Source: an uncultured Elusimicrobia bacterium
GTDB lineage: Bacteria; Elusimicrobiota; Elusimicrobia; 2-01-FULL-59-12
Length of the DNA stretch: 64,000 nt
NCBI GenBank assembly: GCA_963702895.1
Contig: OY969767.1
Coordinates: 1,312,001 to 1,376,000 of the forward strand
Direction of reading: 5' to 3'
The position numbers were made by a program, and so were the translations under genes. The notes beneath the pieces are model-generated. The model ran no database searches. It saw only the letters and a program-made list of their open reading frames with translations, and had not been told where the DNA came from. Shown in pieces: positions 58,569 to 64,000 of the stretch (within the stretch, counting starts at the first letter, position 1; each line of letters opens with the position of its first letter).

Positions 58569-59660
58569 TTAGGGTAGAGCAGGGGAGGGGCGCGAGGCGG
58601 CTAGCTCTTTGATCAGGCGCACATGTTCATCCGTATCCCAAAGCGCGGCCCCCTCATGCTTGACGACCATCCGTCCTTGCGGCGAGATGATGATGGTGGC
58701 AGGGACTCCTGAGATCTGATACGCGGAAGGCCATGTCCCGACGAGGCGGGCAAAGGGAAGGCCAAGCTTTTCCCGCTTCACGTATTTGGCGATCACGGGA
58801 AGTTCTTCATTGGACAAGCATAGGAAGGCAATCCGATCATCGTCTTTGACTCTATCATAGAGACGCTGCAGGCTGGGCATTTCGATTTTACACGGTCCAC
58901 ACCAGGTCGCCCAGAAATTCAGCACGACGACCTTGCCCCTCAGGCTCTGCACGGGTAGTTCACGACCGTCCAGACCTTGCGCTCTCCACCCAAAATCCGC
59001 CGGCGCGTCGAGTCGCGTAATGACAGGAGGCCGTAGAAATCGTCGCATGAACGTGCTGTTGCCAGCCGTGATCAGCAGCCCTGCCACCAACGTGATGAGG
59101 ACGACGCCTGCAACCAGGACGTTCGGTAAAAGAAAGGATCCAATCGCCCTTCTTACGCTGAACCCGCATAGCACCCGTATCATCCAGATCAGAAGGACAG
59201 CTTTCCAGATCTCCATCGACCATATCATCGGCTGGGAGGATTCGGCCAGATGAGTCAGCACGATAAAAGGGGATTCGATCAAGACACAGCCCGTCCAGAA
59301 GGTCTTGAAGGGAACCTTGGCGCCCAGGATCCTGGATCCCGCGTACAGCACCGCTCCAAACAAAGTGATGGCAGCAAGAGAGATGGGAATGACAAGAAAC
59401 GAAAAATATCTCGCCACAGAGAGCGGCGCGTGTGTCCAGTGCCAGAGGAGACGGACACCTCTCGCGTAGGCGTGTTGCTGCGGCGGCGTGAGAAAATCGG
59501 CCAGTGTGAAAAACGATTGTATGATCAAGATGACCAGCAAGACGAGAAAGACTTCAACGGTCGGAGGGTCGTCGCGCAGTCGTTGGAACGCCGAAGCGGG
59601 CCTGACCAAAAGATTCCAGTAGGGCAGCTGGCGAAATGGCTTAGAAGGGCCTGTGAACAT
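58569..59660 (-). CDS. Membrane protein: Yip1-like TM domain fused to a TlpA/ResA redoxin
   Basis: LLVRPSxAF-like start and about 5 TMs, then GKVVVLNFWATWCGPCKIEMPSL and GVPAT. Confidence 0.75.
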   Translation of the reverse strand: MFTGPSKPFRQLPYWNLLVRPASAFQRLRDDPPTVEVFLVLLVILIIQSFFTLADFLTPPQQHAYARGVRLLWHWTHAPLSVARYFSFLVIPISLAAITLFGAVLYAGSRILGAKVPFKTFWTGCVLIESPFIVLTHLAESSQPMIWSMEIWKAVLLIWMIRVLCGFSVRRAIGSFLLPNVLVAGVVLITLVAGLLITAGNSTFMRRFLRPPVITRLDAPADFGWRAQGLDGRELPVQSLRGKVVVLNFWATWCGPCKIEMPSLQRLYDRVKDDDRIAFLCLSNEELPVIAKYVKREKLGLPFARLVGTWPSAYQISGVPATIIISPQGRMVVKHEGAALWDTDEHVRLIKELAASRPSPALP

Positions 59661-59804
59661 GCTTATCCTCGGCGTTCAATCTTTCAACTTTGATTCACCA
59701 TGATGTCATTATTACAAAAGAGAGACCTTCGTATGTCCGTTTTCCGTCTGCCCTAGGGACTGTCGTCTTATGGGTCGAGGCGGGTTCCCGTGAAGGCCTG
59801 CTGA

Positions 59805-60773
59805 TCATCTTCGCGCCACCAGGCTCTGGCCTCCTTGAATTTCCCCTTCCGAAAACGCTCGGATTTTATCTCGAGACTCGATCAGGAGCGCACCAGAAGC
59901 GTTGACGCCAATGGCAACACCCCTCACCTGACCATCGGTTGTCTGAAGGGTCACCGGCTGGCGGGGCGCGTCATAGTGGGACCAGTATCGCGCCTGGAAG
60001 GGTCCAAAGCCCTCTTTCTGGAAGCGTCGATAGGCCGGACGGAATTCGTCGAGAAAGGCCGCCAAAAGTGCAGCTCTCTTGGACCGCTTGCCCGTAAGCT
60101 CGGCAACCGAGATGGCCCGGCCTCTCAGAGATCTCGGCACAGTGTTATGGACATTAACGCCGATGCCGAGCACGACCCATTCCGTACGATCGATTTGTCC
60201 GGACATGTCCGTGAGGACTCCCGCCAGCTTCTTTCCTTGAACGAGAAGATCATTCGGCCACTTGAGTCGCGCTTGGACGCCGCAGGTTTTCTCGATGGCC
60301 TCCCGGAGGCACAGGCCGGCTAGAAGTGTGAGCGGTGGAATGCGCGGTGCGGGCAAGGAAGGTCGCAGCAACAGCGAGAACCAAAGCCCGCCATAGGGAG
60401 ACTCCCAGACTCTTTCGAGACGGCCTCGCCCCTTGGACTGCATCTCGGCGATCCAAAGATGACCTTCGGGAAGTCCGGAAACTCCCCCTTCTTTGGCGAG
60501 AGTTTGGGTGGAACGGGTGGTGAGGAAGTAATGGGGAATGGTCCAGGACCCTTTCGCGGGCCTCCAGTCCATGAGCGATGGATCCGGCGTCACGGAAAAG
60601 CGATAACCGCGGCGTTCGGCGCTTTCGATGGGAAATCCCATGCCCGCCAAGGCCTGCACCTGCTTCCAAATCGCCACGCGTGAGACCTTGAGGCGCTTCG
60701 CTAAGAGCTCGCCCGACACCACCGATCGGGGCTTTTCACTTAAAGCTCGAAGCAGGCGCTCACGAATCGACAC
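59805..60773 (-). CDS. birA: Bifunctional biotin--protein ligase/repressor BirA
   Basis: HTH SGELLAKRLKVSRVAIWKQV; QSKGRGRLERVW, KWPND and KKLAG; GTG 60773 chosen as start. Confidence 0.93.
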   Translation of the reverse strand: MSIRERLLRALSEKPRSVVSGELLAKRLKVSRVAIWKQVQALAGMGFPIESAERRGYRFSVTPDPSLMDWRPAKGSWTIPHYFLTTRSTQTLAKEGGVSGLPEGHLWIAEMQSKGRGRLERVWESPYGGLWFSLLLRPSLPAPRIPPLTLLAGLCLREAIEKTCGVQARLKWPNDLLVQGKKLAGVLTDMSGQIDRTEWVVLGIGVNVHNTVPRSLRGRAISVAELTGKRSKRAALLAAFLDEFRPAYRRFQKEGFGPFQARYWSHYDAPRQPVTLQTTDGQVRGVAIGVNASGALLIESRDKIRAFSEGEIQGGQSLVARR

Positions 60774-61626
60774 GGGTGATATGCAAACTGCAGTCAAAGG
60801 CCTTGACGGAGTGCGTCAGGCAACCCATCGAGATGCGATCGGCGCCTAAGCGGCCCAACTGGCGGAGGTTTTCAGGACGCACGCCGCCTGTGATCTCGAT
60901 TTCGATGCCGGGCACCTGCTTTCGGAGCAGGCGGATCATCCTCTTCATCACGCGAGGTGACAGATTATCCAGAAGGACCCGATGCGCTTTGATTTGAAGC
61001 GCGTCGTGCAAGTCCCTTTGTGTTTGGATTTCGACTTGGACCAGGGTGTGAGGGTGTCGGCGATGCCAGCGCTTGATCCGGGAGGCCCAGTCCCGACCCG
61101 CGAGGCGCACCACCTCGAGGTGGTTTTCCTTAATCATCATCGCTTCCCCCAGGGACATGCGATGGTTCTTCGCGCCGCCACAGCGGACCGCGTATTTCTG
61201 CAAGGCCCTCCAACCCGGAAGTGTTTTGCGCGTATCAAAAAGAGTGGCGGAAGACCCTTTGAGCAATTCCACCTGGGCATGGGTAAAGGTGGCAATACCC
61301 GACAAGTGCTGCAGCGCGTTGAGCGCCGGGCGCTCCGCGGACAAGACAGACCTCGCCTTCCCCTTCATGACAGCGAGGACCTGGCGAGCTTGGACATGAT
61401 CGCCATCCCGAGCGAGCGGCCTGAAATAAATGGAAGGATCAAACGCCCTAAAAACTTGACGGACCAGCGGCAGTCCAGCGATCACACCGGCGTGATTGGC
61501 GGTGATGGCGGCATGGACGCGCCAGGCGGGGTGGATCAAGAGACGCGTGGTGATGTCCGAACGGGCGGAATCTTCCTGGAGAGCGGAACGAACGAGGGCG
61601 CGAAGGCTATTTGTATTGGGAAACAC
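60760..61626 (-). CDS. nadC: Nicotinate-nucleotide pyrophosphorylase (carboxylating)
   Basis: ALQED..DITT, LSGIAT, DTRKTLPG, NHR, IKENH and LLDN. Confidence 0.93.
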   Translation of the reverse strand: MFPNTNSLRALVRSALQEDSARSDITTRLLIHPAWRVHAAITANHAGVIAGLPLVRQVFRAFDPSIYFRPLARDGDHVQARQVLAVMKGKARSVLSAERPALNALQHLSGIATFTHAQVELLKGSSATLFDTRKTLPGWRALQKYAVRCGGAKNHRMSLGEAMMIKENHLEVVRLAGRDWASRIKRWHRRHPHTLVQVEIQTQRDLHDALQIKAHRVLLDNLSPRVMKRMIRLLRKQVPGIEIEITGGVRPENLRQLGRLGADRISMGCLTHSVKAFDCSLHITRVDS

Positions 61627-61643
61627 CCCAATACAATAACAGA

Positions 61644-61958
61644 TTAGCCCTTCTTCATGAAGACAAACGGCAGGTAAGCGACTTGCTCATTCTCGTACGA
61701 AATCTTGCAGATGTAGTCGCCCGTCTGCACCGTTTGCCCCATCAAGTCATGGCCATCCCAACGAATCGGTGCTTGAAGGCCCTCTTTGTTCTGCTTCCAG
61801 ACGGACCTCCCGGAGCGGTCGAGAATCGACACCTCACAGGCTTGAGGATCGAATTCCAGTCCGGAATTTCCGATCCGACGAAAGGGCTGAGAGGGTCGCT
61901 GTGGCGAGTTGTACATGTCTGGCCTCCGACGTAAATTTAGCCCTGCGTGCGTGGGCAT
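61644..61958 (-). CDS. Small FlgD-Ig-like domain protein
   Basis: VSILDRSGRSV..IRWDGHDLMGQTVQTGDYICKI pattern; start uncertain. Confidence 0.6.
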   Translation of the reverse strand: MPTHAGLNLRRRPDMYNSPQRPSQPFRRIGNSGLEFDPQACEVSILDRSGRSVWKQNKEGLQAPIRWDGHDLMGQTVQTGDYICKISYENEQVAYLPFVFMKKG

Positions 61959-62152
61959 GCAATGACTTTTTAAAGCGCCATTTTCGTATTATATTTTAGA
62001 GGTGTTTTGAGACCACCTTTATGAGTATGTAAATCGGTGTTTCGCATTGTTTTTATTATTAAAGATTAGTATTGCAGAGAAAAAAAACTCCTGATAGACT
62101 GATCGCGATTCAGGTAGTGATGACGCAGAGATTGAGAGAGGAGTTCGCATCC

Positions 62153-62902
62153 ATGAACCCGACGGTCCTGATCGTGGAAGATGACCCTGAAGTCAGAAGC
62201 CTGGTCGAATACACACTGGCCAAGGAAAAATACAAGGTCCATGTCGCGGAGAACGGCAAACAGGCCCTTGAAATTTTAGACACGATGATACCGGATGTCA
62301 TCACCCTCGATCTCATGCTGCCCGATATCCATGGTCTGGAATGCACCAAGAAATTACGCGCTGACCCGCGCTTTCAATCCGTTTCCATCCTGATGCTCAC
62401 CGCACTCGACAGCTTGGATGATATTGTGCGCGGTTTTGAAACAGGCGCTGATGATTATCTCGTTAAACCCTTTCAACTTCCGGAACTTGTGGCCCGAATC
62501 AAGGCGTTGCTCCGCCGACGGCATGTCGGGCGCTCCGAACGCATGGTCGCGATGGCTGGCAGCACGACCGTGGACCTCTCCCATCACCGCGTCATGATCA
62601 ACGGACAGCAGACCGACAACCTCACCTACAAAGAAATGGAATTGCTTTTTATATTGCTCCGGAAAAGCCCCAAAGTGGTGCGCCGTTCCTTCCTTTTGCA
62701 ACGTCTCTGGGGACGCCAGGACAGCCGCGCGCTCGATGTTCATATTCTTCATTTAAGGCAAAAACTGGGACCGAAGGCGGGCGAGCAGATTCTAACGGTT
62801 CCAGGGCAGGGCTATAAATTCGTGCCGATGCTTTTCGCTCAGGAGAACAGCCAGCCGGCCCCCCCGAACTCTCCTTCCTCGACCCAGGCTTCAGCAGCCT
62901 AA
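62153..62902 (+). CDS. OmpR/PhoB family response regulator
   Basis: LIVEDD, LDLMLP and GADDYLVKPF; wHTH LTYKEMELL..DVHILHLRQKL..GQGY; SD GAGGAG. Confidence 0.92.
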   Translation: MNPTVLIVEDDPEVRSLVEYTLAKEKYKVHVAENGKQALEILDTMIPDVITLDLMLPDIHGLECTKKLRADPRFQSVSILMLTALDSLDDIVRGFETGADDYLVKPFQLPELVARIKALLRRRHVGRSERMVAMAGSTTVDLSHHRVMINGQQTDNLTYKEMELLFILLRKSPKVVRRSFLLQRLWGRQDSRALDVHILHLRQKLGPKAGEQILTVPGQGYKFVPMLFAQENSQPAPPNSPSSTQASAA

Positions 62903-62907
62903 AGGGA

Positions 62908-63282
62908 CTACGGTTTCTTTTTGGCGAGCAGAGCGTTAATCTCTTCCACCAGGTAGGTTAAATCACAGGGCTTGGTCACAAAGAGGTCCGCCCCGAGTTC
63001 CGCCCCTTTGCGTTTGTCCGAGGTTTGCGCGTAAGCCGTGAGGATAACGATCGGGATGTCCCGGGTGTTCTCACTGCCCTTCAAGCGCCGGCAGACTTCC
63101 CAGCCATCGAGCTTCGGCATGCCAATATCGAGCACAATCAAATCAGGACGATCCTTTTCGATCTGCTCGAGCGCTTCAAGGCCATTGTAGGCCGTGGTCA
63201 CTTGGAAGCCGCTGAATTCCAGGCTGTCCTTCAGGATCATGACAATGTGCTCTTCGTCGTCTACAACGAGGATCTTGGCCAT
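62908..63282 (-). CDS. Single-domain response regulator
   Basis: ILVVDDE, LDIGMP, LTA and TKP. Confidence 0.92.
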   Translation of the reverse strand: MAKILVVDDEEHIVMILKDSLEFSGFQVTTAYNGLEALEQIEKDRPDLIVLDIGMPKLDGWEVCRRLKGSENTRDIPIVILTAYAQTSDKRKGAELGADLFVTKPCDLTYLVEEINALLAKKKP

Positions 63283-63678
63283 TTATACTTCCTTGTCCAT
63301 GATGGATTGGAGCACTTTCTGTACAGTTTGTACCAAATTCTGAGCGTCAAAGGGCTTATTGATCCAATAAAGAACGGGATCTTCCCCATCGATGCCAACC
63401 GCGTCCGCTCTGGACATCACAGAAATGACCAGCACGGGAATAGAGGCCCACAACGGATTTTGCTTGAGCAAGCGGGCCAAATCAATCCCACTCATGCCCG
63501 GCAAGAGCATGTCCAAAAGGAGCAAGTCCGGCTTTTTGCCTTTGACCAGAGCTTCATAGGCTTTTTCAGCGCTCTCAAAAACCACGGATTCCATGGCGGC
63601 CTTCCTCAAGTGTAAAACCACCAGCCGCTGCGTGCTGGGGTCGTCCTCGACAATCCAGATGATGGGGAGCTTATCCAA
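63283..63678 (-). CDS. Single-domain response regulator
   Basis: IVEDD, LDMLLPGMSG and NKPF; TTG 63678 start tentative. Confidence 0.85.
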   Translation of the reverse strand: MDKLPIIWIVEDDPSTQRLVVLHLRKAAMESVVFESAEKAYEALVKGKKPDLLLLDMLLPGMSGIDLARLLKQNPLWASIPVLVISVMSRADAVGIDGEDPVLYWINKPFDAQNLVQTVQKVLQSIMDKEV

Positions 63679-64000
63679 GGGCGACCACGACCACAGACTC
63701 ATTATGAAAAACAGGTCCCGCTTTGGCCAAGCCGCCTTTGCCCATGGCCGAGGGCGCGACTTCGCCGTAGGAGTAGAACCCTCCTAAACGGACACCCGAA
63801 CCACCCAAGGCGTCGCGAATGACGTCGATTTCCCCCTGGAACTCGCTGCCTAACATTTTTTGGCGCGCGCCACTCGAAAACACAAGACCCCCGCAGAGTT
63901 TGACCCGGCCGAGTCGGTCCTTGGCGTCACAAGCGGCCTGCTGCGCGGCCTCAAGGGCCGATTCGTAGCCGCCGATCATGAGACGCACGTCACTGCCCTG
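63671..64000 (-). CDS. FIST domain protein, C-terminal part (5' end outside window)
   Basis: GLVFS..R...GFYSYGEVAP...FHNESVV. Confidence 0.8.
   Translation of the reverse strand, partial: QGSDVRLMIGGYESALEAAQQAACDAKDRLGRVKLCGGLVFSSGARQKMLGSEFQGEIDVIRDALGGSGVRLGGFYSYGEVAPSAMGKGGLAKAGPVFHNESVVVVALG

Overview
Chromosomal window of a moderately GC-rich diderm bacterium. The gene content is compatible with Elusimicrobiota, but this is inference and was not verified. From about 25 to 64 kb it is mostly a minus-strand housekeeping block: nadC-birA; a Bd0055-like bacterial histone followed by menG/ubiE, nuoABCDHJKLMN and a polyprenyl synthase; rpsB-tsf-pyrH-frr-uppS-cdsA-dxr-rseP-proS-rimP-nusA-infB-rbfA-truB-ribF-rpsO-pnp-accB-ftsK-rodZ-pgsA-pgpA. 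The first 25 kb is a mosaic of accessory genes. It holds the ettA 3' end with a DUF433/DUF5615 toxin-antitoxin pair and a displaced, synonymously diverged copy of the ettA tail; GIDE-lemA; and a compact candidate RiPP cluster (a 43-aa peptide absent from the ORF track, a B12-dependent radical SAM enzyme with CX14CX2C, and an MFS transporter). It also holds lexA, a four-helix-bundle gene in inverted repeats, recA-xerD-glpD-thiolase, a four-lipoprotein operon, an M23 peptidase and a secreted LRR protein. Main points of interest: the RiPP cluster, the histone at the head of a respiratory operon, a complex I operon lacking nuoEFG and nuoI, and hairpin elements with and without four-helix-bundle cargo. 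No rRNA, tRNA or CRISPR array was seen. All family assignments come from motif recognition by eye; no database searches were run.
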